Notes under the pieces: model-generated
What the model was told of the DNA's origin: nothing
Database searches by the model: none
What the model saw: the letters and a program-made list of their open reading frames with translations, nothing else
Shown here: one piece after another, positions 1 through 12,421 of the stretch
Layout of the letters: every line of letters begins with the position of its first letter
Numbering within the stretch: the stretch's first letter is position 1
From: Nemertoderma westbladi
Lineage: Eukaryota > Animalia > Xenacoelomorpha
Assembly: GCA_032718475.1 (NCBI GenBank)
Contig: JAUCBJ010002573.1
Span: 1-58,757 of the forward strand
Reading direction: 5' to 3'
DNA: 58,757 nucleotides
Translations under genes and position numbers: made by a program

Positions 1-50
1 TGTCCACTCCCCAAGATGAACTAGGAGAACATAGCGTAAGGTCGGTAAAA

Positions 51-2063
51 ATGGTGGCGATAAAGAACTTTGCTACTAGCCAAGTGGAGCCTTACAACTG
101 GGATGAAGACCATTTTACCCAGCAACATGATATCCCTAGATTCAACACCGATTACCCAGGGGTGCAGATATTAATCGGCCAAAATGCGCACGAAGCGCTG
201 GAGACATTAGAAAAACGGCCTGCTCGACCGCAACCATTACAAACGTACGCGGGAAGAACGAGAGTAGGTTGGTACCTCACTGGACCTTCCCGTAGAACCC
301 TAATGGAAAGACTCCCTAATGAGAGGATACATCAGGTGAGTGAATGGGAAGAAGAAATCAGTGAGGGAGAAACTACAACTGAGGGAACACCATACTCCTC
401 AGACAATGACGATATTAACCAATTATACGATGAGGAAAATACAATTGATCTCCTCACCGAAAACCAAACTTGGTGTTTCCATCATCACTATTCCAGGACG
501 AAGATCGCTAGTGATACCGCTCCAAGAATATCCGAAAAGGTCCATGCTATTAAAGACCTTCCCGCTTATAAAGTGTCGGATAGGTTTCTGACTGAGAAGA
601 TCAGTTACCAAGAGCATGAAGAAACCAACAAGCAGATACTGAGACTCCTCCAATGCTACGAAGATTCCGATAAGTATTTCCTATTGTTGAGAAATCCACA
701 GATGCGCTTAAGGAATCGTTTCTCTAGCACAATGATAGATGGGTTGATACGTGTCAGAGGGAGATTAACTAATGCGCCATTATCCTTTGACACTAAATTT
801 CCCATACTCATTAGAAATCTTGAAATACAAATCAAGATGATTGTAGATGTTCACAGTAGGCTTTACCATGCTGGTAGAGAACGAGTTCTTAGCGAAATTC
901 GAACTCGCTATTATTTCCATAAGCCCCGTAGAGCTCTGAACGAAGTTCTTAGGAACTGTATACCCTGTAGGAAAGCATTCAGTAGGCCTTTAACACAGCG
1001 AGAGGCAGAATTACCTAGGGAACGAGTAAGCTTCTATGAACCACCCTTTACTAATACTGGTGTGGATTTATTTGGCCCTATTGAAGTATATTGTGCTAGG
1101 ACTATAATCAAGCGATGGTGTGTCATCTTTGTCTGTATGACTTGTAGAGCGATCCATCTAGATATGGTGAACGATCTATCTACCAACAGCTTCATACTGA
1201 GCTTACGCCGACAGATCGCTCGCTTTGGAACTAGCAACACGATGAGATCCGACAAGGGAACAAACTTCATTGGTGCCAATAATGAGATCAAAGCTTATGT
1301 GAAAGATTGGAACCAAAGACAGGTGGACGATCAGCTAAGGATAACAGCATCTAGCTGGACCTTCAACGCCGCCGATGCCCCTTGGTGGGGAGGAAGTTGG
1401 GAGAGATTAATCAGGAGCATGAAGACCGCATTTTACTTTATAGTGCCGTGCCGCGCATATCTCACCGACGAACTTTTGCGGACGTTAATGGAGGAAATTG
1501 CCGCCTATCTCAACGAGAGACCGCTTATGCCAGTCTCATCGAGTCCCGATTCCCTGGAAGCGCTAACACCTGCGCACTTCCTACTGAAAAAACCTGTAGC
1601 CATGCTCCCCTGATCGGAAATCACAGACGGAGACGAATACTGCCGGCAAACTTGGCAACTTATGCAGTTGTTATCCCGTCGTTTCGCTGACCATTTCGAA
1701 AAACATTATCTCCCCACGCTACAACTTCAAACAAAGTGGTTTGCGCAGCAAGAAAACGTCAGCGCCGGAGATATGGTCCCTATTGTGGAATCAGATCTTC
1801 CATGTAAGCGGTGGCAGACAGGTCGTATCATCGAGACTCATTTATCCGATGATGGTTTAGTGCGATCGGTAGAACTCGTCGTCATGCGACGCAACTTTAA
1901 GAAACCTGGAATTGTATTTGAAACACAACAACTCAATTGCCCAGTTGGTCGTTTATGTTTACTGGAAAGAGACCGAGAACTATCCGGAAACTATGGAAGG
2001 CCAGATACTCTTCCCACGACCACCTCCCTAATCCAACAAACATCTAGGGACTCCCCAACGTAA
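51..2063 (+). pseudogene. pol: Bel/Pao pol remnant: protease-region C-terminus fused in frame to integrase (RT/RNase H deleted; premature TGA at 1611-1613)
   Basis: HHCC motif (H-SRLY-H...CIPC), PFTNTGVDLFGP, RSDKGTNF, APWWGGSWERLIRS and C-terminal SDDGLVRSV. Against copy B, about 2.1 kb is missing at the ENQTW/CFHHHY junction (~470). Confidence 0.93.
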
Positions 2064-2594
2064 CAGCGTCTGGAGTGGGTGTGTGACTACATTATTTTAT
2101 ATTTTTTTATTATTTTTATATTTATGTATGTATTATTACGTAATTTTATTATTATAATCGTTTTCTTTAATTTTATTTAGTAGAATATTATTTTAGCGAT
2201 TATTTAGTAGATTAGTGCAATATATATATTCGTATTTATTACTTAATTACTTAGCATTATATATTTAAGTTTAACGGCGAGAAATAATTCATTTTCTCTT
2301 TCCTTACTGTCCGTATCATATTATAAATACGTGACTACAGTAAGATGAAATGTCCGCACTTATTAAAGTACAATACCGCCCCTACTATACTTAAGTATTA
2401 TTGGTAAGTAGAGTATTAGGAATGCAAAGTTCAGATCCTCGTGTCTCGGCTAAACCAAGCTCTGGGTAGACCTTGGAAACGACTTGCCTCTTCTCACTGA
2501 CATTGCTTCTTGCAATATTGCTCTCATACCGTATATTAAATAATACATATAGTAGAATGATGTCTATTTAACAGTAGCGTAAAAACGCAAAATA

Positions 2595-3010
2595 AATCTG
2601 TTAAACCCTTTGACCATCTGCAATTCTAGTCGATTAAGATATTGCGGCACCCACCGATATACTTGAAAGTCAAAATTCTAGAATCAGTGGTTAACGTCCC
2701 CAGACATGTTCTGGAATAAATAGGTGCCCATCTTAAATATTAAATATTTAATAAATATTTATAAAATCTATTAAAACAAATGTTATAATAGAGTAAATGC
2801 AGACAAATAAACTCTAAGGAGTTTGTAAACCAAGAAAATCTATAAATCAAAAATCTGTTAAAATTCAGATCCTTTAAAATTCTAGTCGATTAAGATATCG
2901 TAGCACTTACCGATACTCTTAAAAAGACAAAGTTTCTAGAATTAAGGATCCTAGTTCCCAGACATGTTCTGGAATAAAATTGTGTCTATTTTAATATTAA
3001 ATAATAAAAT
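2595..3010 (+). repeat. Imperfect direct repeat in the post-integrase spacer
   Basis: ATTCTAGTCGATTAAGATAT...CCCAGACATGTTCTGGAATAAA occurs at ~2622-2720 and ~2879-2980; the same duplication is in copy C (~41850-42120). Confidence 0.8.
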
Positions 3011-3804
3011 TTACGGGATATAAATTTAAATTCATATCCTCTCATGAATTTGATAAATTGTCATTTTATACAATTTATAACATTCCCAAAATTCCATTAA
3101 TTAATAGATCATGGGAGCGGAGATTCACCCTATTAAGTATATATTAGTGTGCGAGAATCTCCAACATATAGTCAATAGCCGATAAAATTCATAAAATCAT
3201 GTATAAAGGGGAATATTGACAATTAAAGAATTACTATTAAATAGCATCCCAGATCTGTATGCATGAGAATTACCCTAATTCTACTGCTAGCTTTCTATAA
3301 TGTCACCATAGCAACAACCACACTAGAATTAGAAGCGAGTTAAAAGAACAATAGAAAGCTTGCCCCATTGAATAGCATACGGAATAAATAGCACACTGCT
3401 AGTATCCAGGGATACATAATAATAACGTGGCATTCTGGAAGGCACTTGACTAACGGACAAATGGCCCGAATGTGTACAATTTGTGACAAGTGTGTGGAAT
3501 TTGTGCATTTATAGGTGAATGTTACTACTAAAGTGTGTTTACAGTAGCGAGTCGCAGTTGTGAAAGTAACCCTGCCTCTGTAGCAAGAACCTGAAGTAAT
3601 TCTAAGCCCTTGGGACGGACAGTGGAGTGACTTGCGCTGATTATTGTTGTCGTTGTGTAGCTACTACGTTGGCGAGAGGCACAGCGACGACAGTACATCA
3701 GCGCTGAGGATCTTGCGCTGTCCGGGGGCATTGAGGGGGAGGCAGCGACGACCGCTAGCCTAAATTATAATTAATTATAATATCAATAAACTCATATAGC
3801 AGCT

Positions 3805-4755
3805 ATGACGGAGTTGATAGAAGATGATCTTGGTATCAGGGAGCGATATACCCTACCATTGCAAGCGTTTGTTGATAGTTTAATAAGCGGCGACGCTAGT
3901 CAACCCACTACAGAGGACGATGGCCGTTATATCGAACCGCCAATGTCAAAGGAACAGCTCACGCGTGAATTGGACTATAGAAAATTCACTTCCGCTCGCT
4001 ATACGCATAGTAATGGTACGTATATGGACTTCTTAACTACTGGTCATCCTATTGATTTACATGACACGGATGATGTAGACACCGAAAGGGAAATGATCCT
4101 ATTTAAATATCATACCCAGCAGAGTCGGAACGATAAACTGAGAATCGAACACGAAAATTCTATTCGAAACCAACTCGAAAGAGAAGATGTTGAAGAACTG
4201 GATATACGTAGTGACTTCAACGAATATTTAGAATTCTTTAGAGAAACATATCTCAATGTAGTCAGTCAACAAAATCTAGAAACTCGATATCCTCAAGGTA
4301 TACATCATGACCCTATGATAGAACTCAAACGACTCTACTTCACTATGATGTATCTTAACGCCGATCGACCGCTACCTGTTGTACCGGATAGCTTCGAACA
4401 GATGGAGGAATATTGTAAAACTGGAGAAAGATTACCCACGTTTTCCTTACAAGAAGTGCGTCTTTGGTATTATTGCGATGAATGCCCAAGACCCAACCAA
4501 CAAACGGAAAGACATAAACATCCACGGAGACGTTGCGCTAAACACAGTTTTACTCACTATACTTACGGGAGTTTCGAGCGTAACTTGTTCGACGTATCAC
4601 CTACGCTCGCTCGACTCAAACGATCCTTAAATAAACCGATGATCAGAGTTCCGGAATACTCGGTCAGACCTCCTCATTCCCTGGTGAGACCTCAAACTCT
4701 TGATCCTAATAGTATAACGGATCCTCCTGACTGTACTCACTGTTCAAAGATCTAG
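3805..4755 (+). CDS. Extra ORF X1 of the Bel/Pao element (316 aa, unknown function, Cys/His cluster)
   Basis: ATG-initiated 951-nt ORF inside the element downstream of integrase. Acidic N-half; CDEC...HKH...CAKH cluster and terminal CTHC; no evident signal peptide or TM segment. Confidence 0.75.
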   Translation: MTELIEDDLGIRERYTLPLQAFVDSLISGDASQPTTEDDGRYIEPPMSKEQLTRELDYRKFTSARYTHSNGTYMDFLTTGHPIDLHDTDDVDTEREMILFKYHTQQSRNDKLRIEHENSIRNQLEREDVEELDIRSDFNEYLEFFRETYLNVVSQQNLETRYPQGIHHDPMIELKRLYFTMMYLNADRPLPVVPDSFEQMEEYCKTGERLPTFSLQEVRLWYYCDECPRPNQQTERHKHPRRRCAKHSFTHYTYGSFERNLFDVSPTLARLKRSLNKPMIRVPEYSVRPPHSLVRPQTLDPNSITDPPDCTHCSKI

Positions 4756-5182
4756 TGTTACCCGAACAATTAATCGGTGGCACTCCTGTAGTGGGCTCTC
4801 TAGATATTCGCCCATCCTACCTAGCCGGATTGGGACGCGGACATTTAATATCGCCGTTCAACCCGCATAATCGTCCCGGTTTAACCCCGATACAACCCGT
4901 CACTGAGGTGGAGGAGAGCGTTGTACGAAACGCGTTAGACGCTATTCGGCGAAAGATCGGAAAAGGAACTTTCGAACTTGGACGAACCTACTCTCTACAA
5001 GAGTTTTTAGATGAACGCTTCCAACGACAAGCGGAGGAAAATCAGCTCGAGGAGAAGCACATCGAAATGGACGAGAGAGAAGAAGCAGCTTTAGCCCAAC
5101 CAGAAGCTCAAATCCTTATGACTGATCTCTATTCCAAAACCATTATTCATCCTTCAATGGTTCCCCATTTCGGAGACAAACT
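4755..5182 (+). CDS. Extra ORF X2, 5' part (interrupted by copy B)
   Basis: -1 frame relative to X1; reads to ...HFGDKL at the AAACT target site. The VRAFRPLAV tail in the ORF track is LTR read-through. Confidence 0.7.
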
Positions 5183-6323
5183 TGTTCGCGCTTTTAGACC
5201 TTTAGCAGTTTAACCTGCCAATTTTAGTTGTCCTCTTGTTTATAAATCGACTTTAGCCTATATCAATTATTTAGTGTACTGAAATTACATCAGCCGAAGC
5301 CAGTCTGTGCGCAACCATTCACCCACAGTTAAGGGAGACTGGATTCGGATGTTTTGATAGTGATTGCGGTGTAGACCTACTGTATTATTCGATTGATTGT
5401 TAATATATAATCTCTGACAATATATTTACTTTCGGGGAAATATTAACAGTTCCTTTAGGACGTGGCGCTTTAAGTATAAAAACAGAGTTATGACTTATAC
5501 TAATCACAAGTAGATGGCTACTGAGTTTCGTAAATAGCGCATTCTTTATGAGATGCTTTATTAACCTTCACACTACTTCACACGACTTCACACTACTTCA
5601 CACTGATCTGCCGACCATCACTGAATTTGATCATATATAAGGATGATCGCAACTGACACTTGTAGGGATTATGAAATAGCATTTAATTCACACAAAACCA
5701 CTATAATTTAAGTCGCAGTTGCTACCGGTAACCTGTTCCTCTCACCTTCAGTAATCAAGAAGATTGGGGGTTTTATGATTATTCATCGGTATTATCCAAA
5801 TATATCAGCAAAATACATCCATATAATAACAATTAATAATAGAAGTAAAATAATGCGGTGAACAGTCAGTATGTGTTACTTATGCAGTGTTCCATGTGCA
5901 GCAATGTTCAATGTGTTTCAGTGATTCAGATATGAAGTATGATACAGTTAATAGTTTTACGTTCTTGTAATCAAAGCCATCAGATGTTCTAGGCCAAAGT
6001 CTGAAACTTCTACAACAGAAGTACAGAAGAATTCCAAGCCGGTTCTTAGGCTCAGAAAAAGGTAAACAAAGACCGTAATGCATTCCGCAGGTTTCCATAG
6101 GCCTCTGTTCGATATAAGGGGGAAAATCGCTCTGATTGGCTGACTAGGCAGAACAAAGAGGTTCCATGTATACAGGAAATCAGCTGACAGATTTCGTCAT
6201 CTGAGCTCCAATCTTTTAGAGTATTATGCGCATTGCGGCAAAAATGACTTGCTATGTCCGCAAAAGCACCTACACTGCGCATTGCAGGAAAAATGACTTG
6301 TTATGTCTGCAAAAGCTTTTACA
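5183..6323 (-). repeat. 3' LTR of copy B (1141 bp)
   Basis: Direct repeat of 19399-20534; on the minus strand it begins TGTAAAAGC and ends GCGCGAACA; contains ~49-bp tandem units near its 5' end. Confidence 0.96.
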
Positions 6324-6331
6324 CCGCTCCC
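6324..6331 (-). promoter_or_regulatory. Polypurine-tract-like primer site GGGAGCGG abutting the 3' LTR
   Basis: Minus strand reads TTTTCT-GGGAGCGG-TGTAAAAGC. Confidence 0.7.
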
Positions 6332-6389
6332 AGAAAATGGGAAAATATAAAAAATCACAGTTTCTAAAATATAAAAATACTCTAAACAA

Positions 6390-7213
6390 TTAGTCCTTCT
6401 TATGTGAATGGCATTTACGAAGTTTTTTGAGGCTAGCAAGTGTCCTTTTCTCTTTGGGGCGAGCCACTTTAGTAGGAGGGCTATAACTCCTGGGTGAGGG
6501 GTGCAATACAATTGCATCGGAAGGTTTAGGGTTACGGTCGGTGTATCCGCCGGGCGAGGTACCCGGTTGATCGATATCAACCTCAGTGGAACGAGGTCGA
6601 ACAACCTTTAGAGCGCGTTTCAAGACAGCAGCTCTTACTGGTCCCTGACGAGTCGTTTGCACGAGAGCGGTAGGTTGACCGTGAGTAGTGAGAAATTTCC
6701 TCGGTTTGATGGTTCTTTCCAACTCGCGTTCTCGGGCTCTATATTCATAGGGTCGTCTATGAACTTCTTGTAGCTCTGGATGCGAGTTTATGAACAAGTC
6801 ACCATGGGATTTATCAATGGTAGAAACTTTAAACTGTATGTAGGATCTTCCGGTTTCACCATATAATATTGAGTTAAATTGACATAATAAGGGTGGTCTT
6901 TGATCCCATAAAATGAGTTCGGTAAAGGTCTAGCGCGTAGGTTGACCTCGTGTACCATATGACGGACAAGATCCGCTCGATTGTCCGGAGGTTCAACGAG
7001 TATACCATCGACACGAGCGAGCGGCCTCGATTGGCGGACGTTGTAACATAGGAGCGTCAGCGGTAAGATCTCTAGATCTTAGGTTGATATCAACCGGTTG
7101 GGGTTGTACCGTGGCAAAGAGTTTGTCTCCGAAATGGGGAACCATCGAGGGATGAATGATGGTTTTGGAATAGAGATCAGTCATAAGGATTTGAGCTTCT
7201 GGTTGGGCTAAAG
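6390..7213 (-). pseudogene. Copy B remnant of extra ORFs X2 (3' part) and X3
   Basis: Near-identical to 5089-5182 plus 20540-21265. A 4-bp insertion near 7015 frameshifts X2. Joined directly to integrase by a ~3.4 kb deletion at ~7215. Confidence 0.88.
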
Positions 7214-7217
7214 AGGC

Positions 7218-10200
7218 AGATAATGTTTTTCGAAATGGTCAGCGAAACGACGGGAAAATAACTACATGAGTTGCCAAGTTTGTCGGCAGTATTCGTCTCC
7301 ATCCGTGATTTCCGATTGTGGGAGCATGGCTACAGGTTTCTTCAGTAGGAAATGCGCGGGTGTTGGCGCTTCTAGGGAGTCGGGACTCGATGAGACTGGC
7401 ATAAGCGGTCTCTTGTTAAGATAGGCGGCGATTTCTTCCATTAACGTCCGCAAAAGTTCGTCGGTGAGATACGCGCGGCAAGGCACTATAAAGTGAAATG
7501 CGGTCTTCATGCTCCTTATTAATCTCTCCCAACTTCCTCCCCACCAAGGGGCGTCAGCGGCGTTGAAGGTCCAGCTAGATGCTGTTACCCTTAGCTTATT
7601 GTCCACCTGTCTTTGGTTCCAGTCTTTAACGTAAGCTTTGATTTCATTATTGACGCCAATGAAGTTCATTCCCTTATCAGATCTCATCGTGTTGCTAGTT
7701 CAAAAGCGAGCGATCTGTCGGCGTAAATTCAGTATGAAGCTGTTGGTAGATAGATCGTTCACCATATCTAGATGGATCGCTCTACAAGTCATACAGACAA
7801 AGATGACACACCATCGCTTGACTATAGTCCTGGCACGATATACTTCAATAGGGCCAAATAAATCCACACCAGAATTAGTAAAGGGTGGTTCATAGAAGCT
7901 TACTCGTTCCCTAGGTAATTCTGCCTCTCGCTGTGTTAAAGGCCTACTGAATGCTTTTCTACAGGGTATACAGTTCCTAAGAACTTGGTTCAGAGCTCTA
8001 CGGGGCTTATGGAAATAATAGCGAGTTCGAATTTCGCTAAGAACTCGTTCTCTACCAGCATGGTAAAGCCTACTGTGAACATCTACAATCATCTTGATTT
8101 GTATTTCAAGATTTCTAATGAGTATGGGAAATTTAGTGTCAAAGGATAATGGAGCATTAGTTAGTCTCCTTCCAACACGTATTAACCCATCTATCATTGT
8201 GCTAGAGAAACGATCCCTTAAGCGCATCTGTGGATTTCTCAACAACAGGAAATACTTATCGGAATCTTCATAGCATTGCAAGAGTCTCAGTATCTGCTTA
8301 TTGGTTGCTTCATGCTCTTGGTAACTGATCTTCTCCATCGGAAACCTATCCAACACTTTGTATTTGGGAAGATCTTTAATAGCATGGACCTGCTCGGATG
8401 TCAGTGGAGCGGTATCACTAGCGATCTTCGTCCTGGAATAGTGATGGTGGAAGCATCTTTTCAGATACACGATGGCCTTACAAAGCCTATTCCAGGAGCT
8501 ATAGTGACTTATTGCTCTCTGCAGGAGAGGTGAGAGTCCTTGCGAGACGTCTGGTGTTCCAGATTTCCAGTCTCTTTCTCTGATGTCTATAACAGATCTG
8601 TTCGTGTTGGGGGAGTTTAGATCCACAGCATCGTCCCTGGAAATGTGTAGTACAGACAGATCTATCACGGGTTAAATAACTTTGATTTACTCGTCCGGGT
8701 TTTAGGTTTGACTTTCTCCACTCCCTTGGCTTGTCTAATCTCAGCCGTGGTAAGATGAGGAGGCCATTCATCCTCTTCTTTACTTAGGAAGTCGGGTCCA
8801 CCTAACCAGTCTGGAGTATCTATCAGTTCTTGAGGAGTTGCTCCTCTGGATGCGATGTCGGCTGGATTAATCGTCCCAGGGCAATGTCTCCATTGATCTA
8901 CATTAGAGCGACTAAGTATAATGGCTACTCTGTTAGTAACGAAGACGCTGAACTGACAGACTTCATTGGTTATATACTCCAAAACGAGCAAAGCATCAGT
9001 CCAATAGACAGTTTTCTCCAGTGGATAGTCGATCTGTTCTGTTACATTCCGGCCAATGGCTGTAGCGTATAGAGCCGCCTTTAACTCCGCTCGAGGAACT
9101 CGTAGTTTGTTGTTTATCAAGGCCTTAGAGGTGACCAAGGCAACTTTGATTCCATCCGGAGTTTCAACCCTCAGGAAGGCTACTATACCTATTCCCATAT
9201 TGCTGGCATCTCCAAACACATTGTGTTGATAGGAATACGTGGCGAGAACATGACCAAAATATGAACGGGAAATCGTAAAGTTCTCGATGGAAGGTAGAGA
9301 ATCTTCCCATTTCATCCACTTCTTTAGTAGTTCTCCCTTAAGTGGATCATCCCACGAATGGTTTTCAAGCCACATTTGTTGCACTAAGCTCCGAGCAACC
9401 AATATAACTGGACTAATAAATCCCAATGGATCGAAATAAGTGCTCAGGATACTTAGACAAATCCGTTTAGTTCTAACTGGATTATCTCGCTGTTTTAACT
9501 GGAAAAACAAGAGATCTCTCTCTGTGTCCCATTTTAAACCAAGTGTTTTGGTTTCCGGAAGATCGTCCTGGATGAGGTCCAGATCTTTAACACCTCGGTC
9601 TTCTACCGGGATCGATTCCAGAAACTCACGGGAGTTACTAGTGAATTTGGTTAGTCGAAATCCACCGCATTGCAAGCACTCTACCGTTCCCTTGGCAACA
9701 TCAATGGCTTCTTCCACTGATGGGAGGGACTTTAAATTGTCGTCCATGTATATATCCCGTTTGATGTTGTCGATAACCGCTTTAGAGAAGGCATCTCGGT
9801 TGTCATCAGCAGTGGTACGCACTACTGAACAAGCGTTCGAGGGGCTCGAGATGATCCCGAAAGCCTGGATGGTCATCCAGTACTCCACTGGTTTTAGGTT
9901 GAGATCTCCTTCAGGCCACCACAGAAATCGTAGGCTAACCAGCGCCATGACTTGTAAGAACATGCCTTCTATATCCGAAGCGAAAGCGATAGAATATTGC
10001 CGTAATCTTAATAGTATTCCCAACAAGGATTGGAGTAAGTTGGGTCCCGGCAACAATTCGGAGTTCAGGGATTGACCCATGTAAAGGGTGGAGCCGTCGA
10101 ACACTACCCGGACTTCGTTGGGTTTACCGGGCTTGGGAACGTAATGATGTGTTAGATAATACGTTCTCTCTGTTATGGGTGTTTCTTCCGGTACTCGCTC

Positions 10201-11314
10201 CGCGTATCCCTTATCGATAAATTTCTTCAGCTGGGTTTTATACATTTCCCTGGCTGAAACATTGGCCGTAAGACGCCGATGCAGTTGCGCGATTCTCTTT
10301 TCCGCTAAAGGTTGGTTATTTATAAAGTTGGGTTCTCGCCGTCAGAACGGAAGACCAATCTCATAGCGACCTTCATCTTTCAGAAAACGGTTAGTCGTTT
10401 CCTGAATCTGCTTGGCTCTCTCTTCCTCGATGGACAAGGCCTTGTCGTCGCTCTACAGCTTCTTGAGTAAAGAATCGTACGGCGTGTTCATCGCGAATTT
10501 TATTGTTGTATCGATCTATCACTTCATTTAATTCGTCGTTGTAGGTGAATTGTCCGCCATGATTGATGAGATGGCACAGGTTTACTTGGTTTAACCAAGT
10601 TGCATTTTCGGTGAGGAGATCGATTGTATTTTCCTCGTCGAATAATTGGTTAATATCGTCATTATCTGAGGAGTATGGTGTTCCCTCAGTAGTGGTTTCT
10701 CCCTCACTGATTTCTTCTTCCCATTCACTCACCTGATGTATCCTCTCCTGAGAGAGTCTTTCCATTAGTGTTCTACGGGAAGGTCCAGTGAAGTACCAAC
10801 CTACTCTCGTTCTTCCCGCGTACGTTTGTAATGGTTGTGGTCGAGCAGGCCGTTTTTCTAATGTCTCAAGCGCCTCGTGCGCATTTTGGCCGATTAATAT
10901 CTGCACCCCTGGGTAGTCGGTGTTGAATCTAGGGATATCATGCTGCTGGGTAAAATGATCTTCATCCCAGTTGTAAGGTTCCAATTGGCTGGTAGCAAAG
11001 TTCTTTATCGCCACCATTTTTACTGACCTTATGCTATGTTCTCCTAGTTCATCCTGGGGAGTGGACAACGCGCCTACATAGTAATCTGTAGCTACTGTGG
11101 ATTTCCAAACCTGCATAATTCCTGAAAGGTTCAACTTAGTTCGGAACTTGGGTTGTCCAGCAAAGATGTCTTCAGCTAGTTCTTTGTCGATGAATGTACC
11201 TGTGCTGCCGGAGTCAAGGAGGGCGTTTACTATCAAATTTTCCCTAGTCCGTGGACTCTCAGCTGCACTACAGGGAATTCCCGGATTCCGACGTTGGAAG
11301 TCGGCGCTTTCCAA
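7218..11314 (-). pseudogene. pol: Bel/Pao pol of copy B: aspartic protease, RT, RNase H, integrase (several frameshifts)
   Basis: ALLDSGST; YYLTHH, VRVVFDGS, GPNLLQSL, SDIEGMFLQV, YMDD; FDPLGFISP, FGDAS, PRAELKAA, WTDA, NPADIASRG; integrase HHCC and DDE motifs. Confidence 0.95.
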
Positions 11315-12421
11315 GATGGTTGCCAGTCCGGAATAGTCAGTCGAGGATCTTCCTCGCTTGTTTCAGTCTCATACGTAAGTGCTCGATACACTGCGGTGTT
11401 TATCATATAACAGGATTCGTTTTCGTCGGAGAATTCGTCCGTGTAAAATCCTTCCATCTCAGAGCTGTGGTCGGTGTCGTTCACATCACTGAATTGGACA
11501 TGTAGTTCGGACTCACTTACCTGACTCGTGGGGGTTCTTTCAAATTCGGTGTGCAGTAAGATATGATGTTTCGCGCCGCACTTAGCACACCTTGTGTCTG
11601 AGTAACAGGTTCGCCGTTGGTGTCCTTGTCTGAGACAATTATAACACAACCGCTTATCCCACATGACATCACGTCTATCCTTTAAGGATTTCTTTAAGAA
11701 GTCATCACATCCACTTAAACGATGGGGCCCGACGCACAATGCACATTTGGGTTTGATGTTACTTACTTTAGCCTGTGTGGTGTTGTGCACACTTGTTCTT
11801 TCCTCGGGCTTTCTTCCATGAATTCTATTAGGAGACGTTGGAGGAGTTGTTACCTGTTCTCTCCTGTTACTGGTTCAAGACTTAGATTTACTTACATCTT
11901 TCCGAGTTTTGTTGACATAATAAGATCTTTCGGTGTCTTTCCCACTGTTCTCCTCGTATGAGGTTTGGCTTTCGCCGTCGTCTGTATAATGCACTGGTGT
12001 TACTTTTCTCCTAGACACGGGTTTTTCACTCACCTTATTTTCCGGTGTCTTCTCTCGGGACTGCTTTAGGAGCTGTAATCTTACCTCTCCATTTAAGAAT
12101 GACATGAGATCAGCCATGGTAGGCTCCCTTTGTTGCTGGTCCAACATATAGAGAACTCTTTTGTCCCAACGAGTACCTACTCCAACCTTTGGCAAAGTAG
12201 ATGCTACAGCTCCAACAACCATGGAACTCTGATATTCTTGAGACTTACCTAACCAATCTAGCTGTCTACAGATCTCCTGAATCTCATCGGAAAACTCTAT
12301 AATCCAGCTGCTAAGGAACTTTCGGAGCGCTACTAATTTCGCATACAAATATCTAGCTATGTTAGTCCTCTAGTTTCTCTCCGTTAGATAGTACAGAGTT
12401 CTGTATGTTATCTTTATAATA

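Noticed and set aside
460-480. Copy A RT deletion as a spliced-out GT-AG intron
   Set aside because: A GT...AG placement is possible but the donor and acceptor contexts are poor, and the deletions in B and C do not fit GT-AG.
2670-2980. p53 half-sites (AGACATGTTC) and heat-shock-like TTCTAGAA motifs in the spacer repeats
   Set aside because: Only isolated half-sites or two-unit motifs, and not fully conserved in copy C.
3805-5182. env gene
   Set aside because: No evident signal peptide, hydrophobic fusion/TM segment or glycoprotein-like cysteine pattern.
5880-6604. Short ORFs in the LTRs and the alternative-frame ORF MFDLVPL (also 20083-20493, 21051-21392, 34104-34304, 43319-43519)
   Set aside because: They recur only because the DNA is repeated; several have frames or ends that differ between copies; no motifs.
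9440-10075. Antisense ORFs over gag/pol (also 15582-16479, 37581-38069)
   Set aside because: Shadows of the coding strand and of low-complexity repeats.
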